IMG/VR virus record: IMGVR_UViG_3300025018_002258 | Reading direction: 5' to 3' (one strand) | Length of the DNA stretch: 64,000 nt | Origin: an uncultured virus (IMG/VR IMGVR_UViG_3300025018_002258) | Taxonomy: Duplodnaviria > Heunggongvirae > Uroviricota > Caudoviricetes | Shown: positions 39,561-49,414 of the stretch, piece after piece | How the letters are laid out: every line of letters begins with the position of its first letter | How positions within the stretch are numbered: position 1 is the first letter of the stretch | Translations under genes and position numbers: made by a program | The notes under the pieces: generated by a model | Database searches by the model: none | What the model saw: the letters and a program-made list of their open reading frames with translations, nothing else | Told to the model about the DNA's origin: nothing

Positions 39561-40565
39561 ATGAATAAAGAAACTCGAAAACACCACATCATTGTCGATG
39601 TCCCCAAGGACATCCCATCAGAATTCGTTCATGAAATCTATGAGAATGTCATCAAGGAAGCCGTCCAAGTCTTCTACGTCAAAAACCACGATTACAACTC
39701 TTCTTGGCGTATTGAAAGCGTCGATTCTGTCACCAGAGAAATCCTGACCCGTTGCTACAGAACCCTCAAATTGCTGGAACTGGAAAGTGAAGGCAAGGAA
39801 GGCAAAGTCGCCGAGGGCATTGAGAGTGAACTCAAGGATGTCATCAATTGGGCCATCTTCGGTGTCCTTCTGCGCCGTGGATATGGTCTCGACCTGGATC
39901 AAGCCTTAGCTGACCCGACCGGGATCAATCTCAATGATTTCAGCAAGGCTCCTCCCGAGCCAGCATTTGAGCCTTGGGCTATTCCTGAGCGAGGATCAGT
40001 TCCCGACCTTCTATTAGACGAAGAAAAGCCAGTCCAGCCAGTCCAGCAAGTCAAGGTCATCGAAGGCACCCCGATATCTTCGCCGAGAACAACAGGCACG
40101 GTCGGTTCTGATTGGGATGTTTTTGCGGAAGATATCGCAGAAGCAGAAAAAGTTGCGATGGGCGATCCCAACGCTGGTTTAACGATGGAGATTACGAGGG
40201 AAATCAATTCTCTCTATAGCATCCTAATGCAGAAGAGTAACCCGTATCCGGCAGTCATCTTCTTGCCTGTCGAAAACCCGATCAATCAGATTGGCCAATT
40301 TGCTATCGGCCCGAATGTCTATGTCCAGTCTCAAGCTCTTTCTCCTGCTCATAGTCAGTTGGTTGTTGATGGATTGTTGGTTGATAAGGTTACATACATT
40401 AGAGTCAAGGAGAATGGTGCTTTCGATGGGCGCTATGAGACGGACACAGAGGCTCAGGTTTTGGCTCAATTGGGATTCTTGGCAGAGGTTAAACAAAGCG
40501 GAGAAGTGGACCTTGCCGGTCAGAACGCAGCGGCTCAACTTTTCCTGGCCAACCAAAAACTCTAG
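39561..40565 (+). CDS. DUF1599/nucleotide-modification-associated domain protein
   Basis: KNHDY..SW...EL.D.INWA in the N-terminal ~105 aa. Confidence 0.65.
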   Translation: MNKETRKHHIIVDVPKDIPSEFVHEIYENVIKEAVQVFYVKNHDYNSSWRIESVDSVTREILTRCYRTLKLLELESEGKEGKVAEGIESELKDVINWAIFGVLLRRGYGLDLDQALADPTGINLNDFSKAPPEPAFEPWAIPERGSVPDLLLDEEKPVQPVQQVKVIEGTPISSPRTTGTVGSDWDVFAEDIAEAEKVAMGDPNAGLTMEITREINSLYSILMQKSNPYPAVIFLPVENPINQIGQFAIGPNVYVQSQALSPAHSQLVVDGLLVDKVTYIRVKENGAFDGRYETDTEAQVLAQLGFLAEVKQSGEVDLAGQNAAAQLFLANQKL

Positions 40566-40618
40566 AAAGAAGGAATCTGCCATGCCTTACAAGTAAAGTG
40601 AAATAGAGGTGATAAGGC

Positions 40619-41605
40619 ATGGCAGAGATTACTAGCAGTATTCCCTATACTAGCGCACTTGTCTCGCTGGAGACTACACAGCAATTGAATACAATGGCTG
40701 CCGACATCATTTATGTCAGTATTCCAAACTTCCCGAATTATGCTATGATTCGCAGATTGAGGGTTACTGCTGTCGAGGATGGTATCTCGGGGAATGTTGA
40801 TGTCCGCGTTTTGAGCGATGGGGCGGGGTATCGCGCTGCCACAACCGATCATGGTCGTCAGCAGTTTGTCTATCTTGCGTACAATGATGAAGCAGGTAAT
40901 GGGTTGCCTCTTTTGACATGGGAACTAGATGAAACATTTGCCGCCCCTGTTTATTACCAAGATGATACTTTTTCAAATACTTTTCACCTCTCTTTGGAAA
41001 ATGTATCCTTGACCGGGGCAACAGCATTTACTGTTGAGGTCTGGGCAGATCAGATTACAAATGGTGCTGGCTACTCTGGAAGACTTCAATCTTTCAGAGA
41101 GGCATATATACTTTATGATAACAGCGCAACAGATTTTGTTGATTATACTCTTGCGATGAGAAATCCATGGCATCAAACAAGAAGCGCTCTTCAAATACTT
41201 GACGACATCGATTTCAATGATGAATATTTCTACATCGGAGCCATGAAACGATTTTCGAAGGTCTATTGTCATATTGGTACCCCAATCGACAATGCAACAG
41301 ACATCAACCTCGTGGCAGAATATCTAGATAACACTGGTACTTGGCAGGCATTGACCGTAGCTAATAACACGGACGTGGCGATGGTAAGCGGTGGTGCTAC
41401 TATCAATCTTCCATTTTCCTACAGTGGATCAATCTATTGGACTGCTCCTTCAGATTGGGGACGATTAGCACTTCCAGATGTCGGTGCCGTTGCGCCGCCT
41501 GATGGTGATCATCCTAGATATTGGGTTCGCTTCGCGGTAGATGATACTCCTGCCACTTGGCCAACATTCTATTCGTTTAGACAACATGCCGCGACAGGCG
41601 CATAA
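40619..41605 (+). CDS. Beta-rich putative structural protein
   Basis: Thr/Ala/aromatic-rich; AAGG-N19-GTAA upstream. Confidence 0.55.
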   Translation: MAEITSSIPYTSALVSLETTQQLNTMAADIIYVSIPNFPNYAMIRRLRVTAVEDGISGNVDVRVLSDGAGYRAATTDHGRQQFVYLAYNDEAGNGLPLLTWELDETFAAPVYYQDDTFSNTFHLSLENVSLTGATAFTVEVWADQITNGAGYSGRLQSFREAYILYDNSATDFVDYTLAMRNPWHQTRSALQILDDIDFNDEYFYIGAMKRFSKVYCHIGTPIDNATDINLVAEYLDNTGTWQALTVANNTDVAMVSGGATINLPFSYSGSIYWTAPSDWGRLALPDVGAVAPPDGDHPRYWVRFAVDDTPATWPTFYSFRQHAATGA

Positions 41606-41645
41606 AGCTCCATGATCTGATATAATACCTCTACGAGGTGTTAGA

Positions 41646-42026
41646 ATGAAGATGGCGCTGGGCGATATCTATGGTATGTGCTCTCCTTCTCATGGGCAAG
41701 CGTTGGTAAAGTTTTCGGGCATGCCTTTTCCGGTTAAGACCGCTTATCGTGTTAGCAAGATCGTCCGAATTTTGCTGGCTGAGTATCAGCTTGTCGAAGA
41801 CCAAAGACGAAAAATGGTTCAAGAGATGGGCGAGGCATCTGAAGACGGAGAAACAGTCGTTTCAGAAAAGAACAAGGCACAATTCCTTGAAGATCTGAAC
41901 GACCTATTGACAGAAGAGGTGGAAGTGGACTTCGAGCCATTGAAATTTAGCGAAATCGGAGGGGATATCGTCCTCTCGGCTCAAGAGTTCGCAATCCTGG
42001 AGAAACTGTTCGATATGGAAGAGTAA
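41646..42026 (+). CDS. Hypothetical phage protein
   Basis: GAGGTG RBS; acidic helical protein. Confidence 0.6.
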   Translation: MKMALGDIYGMCSPSHGQALVKFSGMPFPVKTAYRVSKIVRILLAEYQLVEDQRRKMVQEMGEASEDGETVVSEKNKAQFLEDLNDLLTEEVEVDFEPLKFSEIGGDIVLSAQEFAILEKLFDMEE

Positions 42027-42467
42027 TCACTCCTTTGAGGCCATTTCTGCTATATCTATCCAGTAGATCCACATGGTCTTGACGGCACCGATGATATCAG
42101 CCAATCTGTCTGGCTTAACGATGTATGAATTTGCCCCCAGGGCGTAGCACTCATTAATGTCTTCTTGACGGCTAGAGGTTGTCCAGATAACAACAGGGAT
42201 TCTCTTCGTATCATCTTGCTCTTTGATTTCCTTCAAAGCTTGATAGCCATTTTTTCTGGGCATATCCAGATCCAGCAGGATCAGAACTGGCACATTCTTA
42301 AGCTCTTCGCTGGAAAGTTTTGACATTAATTCTGTGCCATTTTCAACAAGAATCAAACGTCCAACATCGAGATTGGCCCTCTCAAAAGCAAGCCTCAGGA
42401 TCTCCCTGTCGCTTTCCTGATCATCAGCCATTATTATGATAACCTTGTCTTTGTTGGACATGTTCAT
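42027..42467 (-). CDS. Single-domain response regulator (Rcp1-like)
   Basis: ADD, LLDLDMPRKNG, IPVVIWTTS, GANSYIVKP. Confidence 0.92.
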   Translation of the reverse strand: MNMSNKDKVIIIMADDQESDREILRLAFERANLDVGRLILVENGTELMSKLSSEELKNVPVLILLDLDMPRKNGYQALKEIKEQDDTKRIPVVIWTTSSRQEDINECYALGANSYIVKPDRLADIIGAVKTMWIYWIDIAEMASKE

Positions 42468-42571
42468 ACCTCTATGTAACCTTCACGAGAACAGTCTCTT
42501 TTTCCTTCATGGATTCTGGCCAAAAAAGGTAAGAGGGGCAAAACTCAATAACTCTTACTGAGAGGTCAAAC

Positions 42572-43810
42572 ATGCCGCAATATCCTAGAGCAACCACAAC
42601 ATCTGGTATTAGCCCCATATCTCTTGCTAATAATGCTACAATAGATGCTTTCAATAGATTAAGGGTTTCGGATCCTCATACTCTTTTTGATAGCAAGCAG
42701 CTTTATGATAACCAGCCTTTATTCTGGGACGAGGATACTAGCGGGGTAGGAGCAGGGATAGTTTATGATGTTGATAAAAGCGAATCCGTCTTAACCGTCG
42801 GTACGGTCGATGCTGAATATGCTATTAGGCAAAGTAAAAGATACATCAATTATCAGCCTGGGCATTCTCAGTTGGTATTGATAACAGGAAATATTCAAGG
42901 TGGAAAAGAGAATGTCACAAAAAGAATAGGATTTTTTGATGACCAAAATGGAATTTTCTTTGAAACAAATGGTACTGATTTTTATGTAACAAAACGAACC
43001 TATACTACTGGCGCAGCAATTGATACTCAGGTTATTCAAGCAGATTGGAATATAGACTCTTTTAATGGTAGGGGATCTTCTAGAACGGTTTTGGACCTAT
43101 CTAAAACTCAAATTTTTGTTATAGATTATGAATGGTTAGGGGTCGGACGTGTAAGATTAGGGTTTGTTATAAGATGACAGATCTTCTACTGCCATGAATT
43201 TAGGAATGCTAATATTCAAACAGAAGTCTATATGACGACTCCCACTTTGCCAATAAGATATGAAATTCGAAATACAGGAGTCGCAGCTAGTAGTTCTTCT
43301 ATGCAAGCCATCTGTTCTACTGTGATTTCAGAAGGTGGATATAATCCTAGAGGAGTTATACGTTCAGTAGATACAACCATAACGGCTAAGGCTATGAGCA
43401 CAACTTTGATTCCTCTCCTTCAAATCAGATTAAAATCTTCACATATACGTTCAACGGCCGATATCATATCAACCAGCATTTTTTCCGCTGATGTTGCAAG
43501 ATTTAGATGGGCATTGATTTTGAATCCATCTGTAGCTGGAGGGGTGGCGGCAGTCTGGAACTCCGTTACTAATAGTGCCATTGAATATGATTTAACTGCT
43601 ACTGGAACTGTCTCGGGAGGGACGCAAATAGCTTCTGGATATTATTTCTCGTCTAATCAGAGTGCTAATTTTAATCTTCCCGCCCTAGAGAACTCTTTGA
43701 CAATTGCAGCAGATATAGCTGGAACTTCTGATGTCCTAATTTTGGCTTGCCAAACAACAACCGGAGCCGCTAATCTGTTTGGAACTTTATCTTGGAAGGA
43801 ATATAACTAA
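42572..43810 (+). CDS. Putative structural protein interrupted by one in-frame TGA (43175-43177)
   Basis: The two track ORFs share a frame; sequence reads continuously GFVIR*QIFYCHEFRNAN...YMTTPTLPIRYEI. Confidence 0.7.
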
Positions 43811-43812
43811 AA

Positions 43813-44310
43813 TCAGGCAGTTCTAAGATGTTTCAAATAGTCAAAATCAAAGATCTGAGAGACCTTTTCAACATCCTCAGAGGATTGAAGACGGATTCCG
43901 CTTTTGACAGAATTATAAACTCTCTTTCCTTGAAAGGAAGAGTATCGGAGAATCTTATCTAGAATTTTCCAGTCATCTGAGAGACTGTCTTTGTCAACAA
44001 AGAAGCTTGCGCCAGCTTCAAGGGATTCTTTGTCAAGATCTTCAGACCCGTAGGCCGTTAGAATTATGATGGGCTTGTCTACAGCAATTTCACAATTCCG
44101 AATCAAATCTAGGCCATTGACTGATCCCAGGCGATAATCTATGATGAAGGCATCATATGATCCCTCAGTGACCTTTTCACAGAATTCTTCTGGAGTTTTG
44201 GCCCATTCAATATCAAAATCTATACTCTGGGACCTCTTAAGCATCAAGGAAATTGTATTGAAATCCTCTTGGATGTCTTCTACATATAATACTCGCAATG
44301 TCTTACTCAT
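43813..44310 (-). CDS. Response regulator receiver protein
   Basis: VED, IDYRLG..NGLD, IILTA, GA..FVDK. Confidence 0.88.
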   Translation of the reverse strand: MSKTLRVLYVEDIQEDFNTISLMLKRSQSIDFDIEWAKTPEEFCEKVTEGSYDAFIIDYRLGSVNGLDLIRNCEIAVDKPIIILTAYGSEDLDKESLEAGASFFVDKDSLSDDWKILDKILRYSSFQGKRVYNSVKSGIRLQSSEDVEKVSQIFDFDYLKHLRTA

Positions 44311-45481
44311 GATTGCATGTCGCCCTCGGAAGCTTGATCAAAAACCTAGTTCCTACCCTAATTTCACTCTCTACCTCTATCATCCCTCTATGTTTTTCGA
44401 TAATCTTCTTACATATGGCCATTCCCATACCCGTCCCCTCGTATTCTGGGTAGATCTTGTGGAATGGCTTGAAAACCTCATCTTTGTACTTCATGTCGAA
44501 CCCGATTCCATTGTCTTCGTACTTGATAATATGGTAACAAGAGTCGGTCTCATATGACAATTTTACTACGGGATTGGGTTTGTTGTAGAACTTGATAGAG
44601 TTCTCGAACAGATTTTGGAAGACACTACGAATTTGAATCCTGTTGGCAAAAATAAGCGGAAAATCAGTTTCTACTTCTAGCTTGAGAAAGTCATCTTTCT
44701 GAAGGTCCTGCAAGGCTTCCCTGGCCACTTCAACAACGTCAAATTCTTCATGGGGATGATTTTCTTTAGTAACCCTGGAGAAAATGAGCAAACTATCGAT
44801 CATCTCTCTCATCCTCTGAGCGGACGAATGGATGCGATCCAGATGTTCTAAACTTTCTTCTGCCAGGATATCATGAGCGTCTTCCAGGAGGCAATCAGCC
44901 ATGACCCTGATGGTTCTCAATGGACCTTTCAGATCGTGAGAAACGATGTAAGCAAACTCTTCGAGGCTTCGGTTACTTTCTTCTAGTCGTGTTTTCATAA
45001 CAACATCAGGTGTAATGTCTTCCATCATTTCTAAAAAGCTGATTACCTTTCCTTTGCTATTATAGACTGGGGAGATGGATGCTTTATTCCAAAACGGGCG
45101 TCCATCTTTGGTATAATTTAGGATCTCAGTTTCGATTCTGTGTTTTTTGGCAATGGCGGATTTGATCTCGTCCTTAGTTGACTGACTTGTTTTAGGCCCT
45201 TGCAAAAATCTAGGATTCCTTCCGAGGATCTCTTCCTTAGAATAGCCAGTGATTCTTTGATATGCCTTGTTACAATATAGGATTTCATGGTCGCCGTCGC
45301 TTTTTGTTATAATGATGCCTTCCGCCGCAGATTCTATTGCTAGATTTTTGACTGTCAATTCATCATATTGCTCTTCATACCTTTTGTATAGAAATCTTGT
45401 TTTACTTAGCTCTCTCTTTCTACAATAAATCAGGAGGATGGCCAAACAAACGGCACCCCCAGCAAGCAATATCATATCCAT
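44303..45481 (-). CDS. Membrane-anchored LOV-like PAS histidine kinase
   Basis: TM, GRNPRFLQG, NY.KDG.PFWN, SHDLKGPLR, NSIKF, DNGIG, GTGMG. Confidence 0.92.
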   Translation of the reverse strand: MDMILLAGGAVCLAILLIYCRKRELSKTRFLYKRYEEQYDELTVKNLAIESAAEGIIITKSDGDHEILYCNKAYQRITGYSKEEILGRNPRFLQGPKTSQSTKDEIKSAIAKKHRIETEILNYTKDGRPFWNKASISPVYNSKGKVISFLEMMEDITPDVVMKTRLEESNRSLEEFAYIVSHDLKGPLRTIRVMADCLLEDAHDILAEESLEHLDRIHSSAQRMREMIDSLLIFSRVTKENHPHEEFDVVEVAREALQDLQKDDFLKLEVETDFPLIFANRIQIRSVFQNLFENSIKFYNKPNPVVKLSYETDSCYHIIKYEDNGIGFDMKYKDEVFKPFHKIYPEYEGTGMGMAICKKIIEKHRGMIEVESEIRVGTRFLIKLPRATCNHE

Positions 45482-45539
45482 AGCGACCTCTTAGACATAT
45501 TATAGGAATTCGCAAGGGACTCCTTGTCGAGCCTTCGGC

Positions 45540-45569
45540 TTGACAGGGGGGGCTGGGCCGTGGTATAAT
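45540..45569 (+). promoter_or_regulatory. sigma70 promoter
   Basis: TTGACA-N18-TATAAT with extended TG. Confidence 0.8.
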
Positions 45570-45588
45570 GAGGCATAAGGAGCGGATC

Positions 45589-46557
45589 ATGCCCCAGGAT
45601 GCCATCGTTATCGACTTCCCGAACCTTTTTCATCGGGCGTTTTACGCTGCCCCGCCGTTGACATATAAGGACCCCAAGGCAGACGAGCCAAAATCAACCG
45701 GGGCAATCCTGACAGCCTTCCGCATCATCCGAAGGCTTTGCCGTGAGTATCCTGTCCCTCCGATTTTCGCGTTGGAAGGTGGCCGTCGCCATTCTGACCT
45801 CCAGGAAGAAATCGTCATCACGGCTGAAGATGATATTCCAAATCAGGTAGTCTCTTTCAAAAAACCGATCAAGAAGATACAAGAAGGCGAACGATCTGCG
45901 GTCGGCCCAACGACTGTTCGGGAAGGGGTCGAGGAGAAAAAGGATCGTCGGGAAATCAGTGCTGAGTACAAGGCAAATCGTGACAACTCGCGTCCTGGTG
46001 ATTTCAAGTATCAATGGAATGCCGTTATTGACATGGTTAGGACCGGCAACGGAACCATTTGGTCTGTTCCAGGGTATGAAGCTGACGACCTATTGGCGAG
46101 CTACGCCAAGGATCATGACTGCTACCTATTTACCAACGACAAAGACTTGAATGCCGTCTTGCGACCCGGTGTGGTCATCGTCAAGTACGGCTTCAAGGAC
46201 TTGATCGAAGTGGATGTCGATTCCTTCGTCGAAGAGTATGGATTTGAGCCGAAACATTGGGCGACGTATCGTGCTCTGACTGGAGATCCTTCGGACAATA
46301 TCAAGGGGGTTCCCGGTTGGGGACCAAAGAAGAGTACGAGCGCCATCATCAATTATGGAGGAGATGTTGAGCGAATGAAAAATGAAGGTTATGAAAAACA
46401 CTTCAAGGTTCTTCGATCTGAATGGGCTTGTTTTGAAGAAAGCTTGGCTCTAGTCCAGTTGAGGCCCGACATCCTCTTCGATGAGAAGCCTGAAGAACTG
46501 GACTTGGGTACAATGGAGACTTTCCTGCGTGCCAACTATGGATTTACGCAGTTCTAG
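45589..46557 (+). CDS. 5'-3' exonuclease/flap endonuclease
   Basis: YKANR, EADD, DKDL, GDPSDNIKGVPGWG.K. Confidence 0.9.
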   Translation: MPQDAIVIDFPNLFHRAFYAAPPLTYKDPKADEPKSTGAILTAFRIIRRLCREYPVPPIFALEGGRRHSDLQEEIVITAEDDIPNQVVSFKKPIKKIQEGERSAVGPTTVREGVEEKKDRREISAEYKANRDNSRPGDFKYQWNAVIDMVRTGNGTIWSVPGYEADDLLASYAKDHDCYLFTNDKDLNAVLRPGVVIVKYGFKDLIEVDVDSFVEEYGFEPKHWATYRALTGDPSDNIKGVPGWGPKKSTSAIINYGGDVERMKNEGYEKHFKVLRSEWACFEESLALVQLRPDILFDEKPEELDLGTMETFLRANYGFTQF

Positions 46558-47269
46558 GTTTAAAGTCTTCGTAATCAAGCTGTAAATCCTGGCGAAAAGC
46601 CCCTATCGCGCTTTTCATGATGTCGGTCAATTGGCGAGCCTTGATAGAGTTCAGCTTTTCATAAAAGAACCCTGATAGAGGAAAGCCCATTCCAAGATCA
46701 ACAATAGTGTATGCCTTCTGATCAACGGAGAGGGTATATTCTAGCATCACCTGATCAACAGGGATGGGATCAATGATGTGCCTGGAAGTTTCAGGCACAT
46801 TCCTTCTAGTGAATTGCTCAATGTAGTCATAGTCCTCATCCGCCATCTTCTTTTCTGGGATGATATTGATAGAAAACCAGGGAAGATGAGGAGTCTTGAC
46901 AAGCTCAAACCAGCAGACATTCTGTCCCTCTTGTTTTCTGATGGTTCCCCAGAACTCTTCAGCCCTATTCCAAGTCCTAGCATGAAAAGCAAGATAGAAA
47001 TTGGATTCCTCAACGTCTATCGGCCATTTGATAAACTGCTTAGACCTTGAAGGTGTGGCTATCCCATTCTGATCTTCCTCCCATCCCGAAACTTGGCGGG
47101 CATCCTCAGATGGCATAATGATTTCACGAAGAACATCTGAAGGGAGTTCTGATTTTTGAGGGATTTCCAATCTAGGAAGCATTTCTTCAATTGGTTCATT
47201 CGGGGCATTATCAAAAACAGACTGGAGATCCCTAGATGCCCTGGACCCCTTTTGTGGTATTTTGTCCAT
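46544..47269 (-). CDS. Hypothetical protein
   Basis: 241 aa ORF; TATAAT 6 nt before the ATG (possibly leaderless). Confidence 0.65.
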   Translation of the reverse strand: MDKIPQKGSRASRDLQSVFDNAPNEPIEEMLPRLEIPQKSELPSDVLREIIMPSEDARQVSGWEEDQNGIATPSRSKQFIKWPIDVEESNFYLAFHARTWNRAEEFWGTIRKQEGQNVCWFELVKTPHLPWFSINIIPEKKMADEDYDYIEQFTRRNVPETSRHIIDPIPVDQVMLEYTLSVDQKAYTIVDLGMGFPLSGFFYEKLNSIKARQLTDIMKSAIGAFRQDLQLDYEDFKPRTA

Positions 47270-47281
47270 GGACTGATTATA

Positions 47282-47836
47282 TCAGAAGCGAGATCGCAAT
47301 GCGTTGTCAATGAGGCCAGTCAATTGTCTGACAAGGTTAATCACGCCAGTCGCTCTGCCCTGAGATACGCTTGTTGCTATGTCTGCTTGCTCTACTGGTG
47401 ATAATCTGCTTTCGGAACCTCCAAAAGCGTTATCCCAGGTTCCGGGGCCTTTGCCCATCATTGTGCTGTAAACATCGCCAATGTCTTGAGGATTACTCAT
47501 GATAGTTTGAGGCAATCTTCCCTCAGCCCAGAGATTAGGATCAATAGTTCTCTTGATCTTTTCGATGAGGACTTGAAACTGTTTCGCGAATGGACTTTTC
47601 ATCAGAGAGGGAACAAGAAGTTTCATAGCATTGGTGTACTCATTGCCAAGAATGTTTGCTAGAACACTCCAAATATCTTGATTGGCAATGGTTGGAACGC
47701 CAGTGGCAGCAGGAGCCGCTTGAGCGGATTTACTCATTTTGTTTTGCTTCGCCATCGCTTCCAGAACGAAGTCATTAATGAAGAATTGTCCTTGACTTTC
47801 ATGATAAGCCAAGCTGACTGCGGTCTTATAATCCAT
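47282..47836 (-). CDS. Putative virion protein
   Basis: Palindromic promoter upstream; KSAQ motif followed by an Ala/Pro linker. Confidence 0.6.
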   Translation of the reverse strand: MDYKTAVSLAYHESQGQFFINDFVLEAMAKQNKMSKSAQAAPAATGVPTIANQDIWSVLANILGNEYTNAMKLLVPSLMKSPFAKQFQVLIEKIKRTIDPNLWAEGRLPQTIMSNPQDIGDVYSTMMGKGPGTWDNAFGGSESRLSPVEQADIATSVSQGRATGVINLVRQLTGLIDNALRSRF

Positions 47837-47842
47837 GATGTC

Positions 47843-47886
47843 CCTCAGAGGATTATTCTTCAGGAACAGAGAATAATCCTCTGAGG
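47843..47886. promoter_or_regulatory. Palindromic bidirectional GAGG-N19-GAAT promoter
   Basis: 17-bp perfect inverted repeat CCTCAGAGGATTATTCT/AGAATAATCCTCTGAGG gives the motif on both strands. Confidence 0.75.
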
Positions 47887-48543
47887 ATGTTAGAAATGAT
47901 TGATATGGCTCAATATTTCGAAGAATTAGGGATGCACAGGTCGGCAGATGCAGCCTTCAAGTTTGCCCTGCGAAAAGAGGCCCAGCCAGCGCCAGCAGGA
48001 GCAGCAGGAGCAGCACCCGCCCCGACGCCAAATGTTACCATCGGTGAGTTTTTCAGACAAGCTCAGGCGGGGGATTACATGGCCATTCTGAAAAATCAGT
48101 TGGCACCTTTTGTCCAGGAAAGCCATCTTGGAGAGCTTTTGAAACTCATAGCAGAATCTCCAGTCCAAAGACTCTATGACAGGATGAAAAACATCAAATT
48201 TACACCATTCAATGAGAACAAGGTGGGACTAATGGATTGGAACAAGAACCCATCCATGCTGAGTTCTGGACAAGAAGAGGGTGGAACCTCCGAGGTATAT
48301 TTGCAGCGAAAACCAGAACAAGACTTGAGGATTTTCCTTCCAGTATTGACAAGCTGGGGGCTAGAGCTTGCTGGCCTCCATGGTTTCATTTCTGGATATC
48401 AGAGCATGACCAATATGCCTGACATTTCTAAGTCTCCTTCTGGCATTCCTGGTACTTGGAATACAACAAAGGGGCAATTGTACCAACTCCCAACTCAGGG
48501 TCCAGAGAATTATCAAAAGGCTGCACAGAGCAAAAGATCATAA
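47887..48543 (+). CDS. Putative virion protein
   Basis: MA..FE.LG..RSAD motif; KEAQ followed by an Ala/Pro linker. Confidence 0.6.
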   Translation: MLEMIDMAQYFEELGMHRSADAAFKFALRKEAQPAPAGAAGAAPAPTPNVTIGEFFRQAQAGDYMAILKNQLAPFVQESHLGELLKLIAESPVQRLYDRMKNIKFTPFNENKVGLMDWNKNPSMLSSGQEEGGTSEVYLQRKPEQDLRIFLPVLTSWGLELAGLHGFISGYQSMTNMPDISKSPSGIPGTWNTTKGQLYQLPTQGPENYQKAAQSKRS

Positions 48544-48544
48544 G

Positions 48545-48745
48545 ATGTACAAGAAAGCAAAAAAGATAAAGCAACAAAAGGGACAAGAGGCGGTTCCCCT
48601 CAAAAAACTAGCTCGGGCAAAGGCTCTAATATCTAGGGGATGCAAGCGCGAAGCCCGAACCTCTCTGGCTTGCTTGATAGAGGAATTCCCGAACTCTGTA
48701 GCTGTCATCGCTGCAAGAGAATTATTGAAAAGTCTTGACGGCTAG
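48545..48745 (+). CDS. Small basic TPR-like protein
   Basis: LI.EFPNS.A..AARE.L pattern. Confidence 0.5.
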   Translation: MYKKAKKIKQQKGQEAVPLKKLARAKALISRGCKREARTSLACLIEEFPNSVAVIAARELLKSLDG

Positions 48746-48763
48746 CTGTTAAGGGGATATAAT
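48735..48763 (+). promoter_or_regulatory. sigma70 promoter
   Basis: TTGACG-N17-TATAAT. Confidence 0.8.
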
Positions 48764-48779
48764 CAATGCTGAGGTCACT

Positions 48780-49175
48780 ATGAGTTATTCGATGCCTGTC
48801 AATTGGAAGGCACTACTGAAAGACGCTCAATGGTTTGAGTTTGACCACAACGGGTCTAGATATCGAGCCGCGAATTATAAGCTGGATGGCGGAACATTCA
48901 TTGCTATCCACAAATTCGTTGGTATTGATAAGTGCCAAGCGGGGAATGGTTGGGCTGGTCAAACATGGTGTTCGGCCAATGACTCGGTCGATGGCTGGCC
49001 GTCAAAGATTGAGGCAGAAAACATCATCAATGCCAGCCAGTCGGATGCTAAGCTTGAAAAACCCACTGCTACATCTTCGGCTGAAGAGACTCCAAGCATT
49101 CGGACAACCCCATCACAAAACAATGTTGTTGATGGGATTCCGTTGCCCCCGCCAGGAGAAAGACGGTACAATTAA
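48780..49175 (+). CDS. Hypothetical protein
   Basis: GAGGT RBS after the promoter. Confidence 0.6.
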   Translation: MSYSMPVNWKALLKDAQWFEFDHNGSRYRAANYKLDGGTFIAIHKFVGIDKCQAGNGWAGQTWCSANDSVDGWPSKIEAENIINASQSDAKLEKPTATSSAEETPSIRTTPSQNNVVDGIPLPPPGERRYN

Positions 49176-49414
49176 TGGAACCCCACAGTATAATCGGCGG
49201 CATCATCATAGGTTCCGCCTTCATAAAGCTGCTGCTTTTCTGGAGGGAATTGGGCTCCCTCTGCTCTCCTTTCAAAAAGGATAACCAAGAAATTTACCGC
49301 CAACACTTGCTCGCCAAAAAAGCTCAGAAAATGAACCTAGAATCTGGTCGGCCAAGCACCTGAAATAATCGCCGATAACTAGCTTCACACCTCCCTTTCT
49401 CATATAAGAAATGG

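Noticed and set aside
47276..47310. Minus-strand TTGACA...TATAAT promoter
   Set aside because: Spacer is 23 nt; only the -10 box is credible
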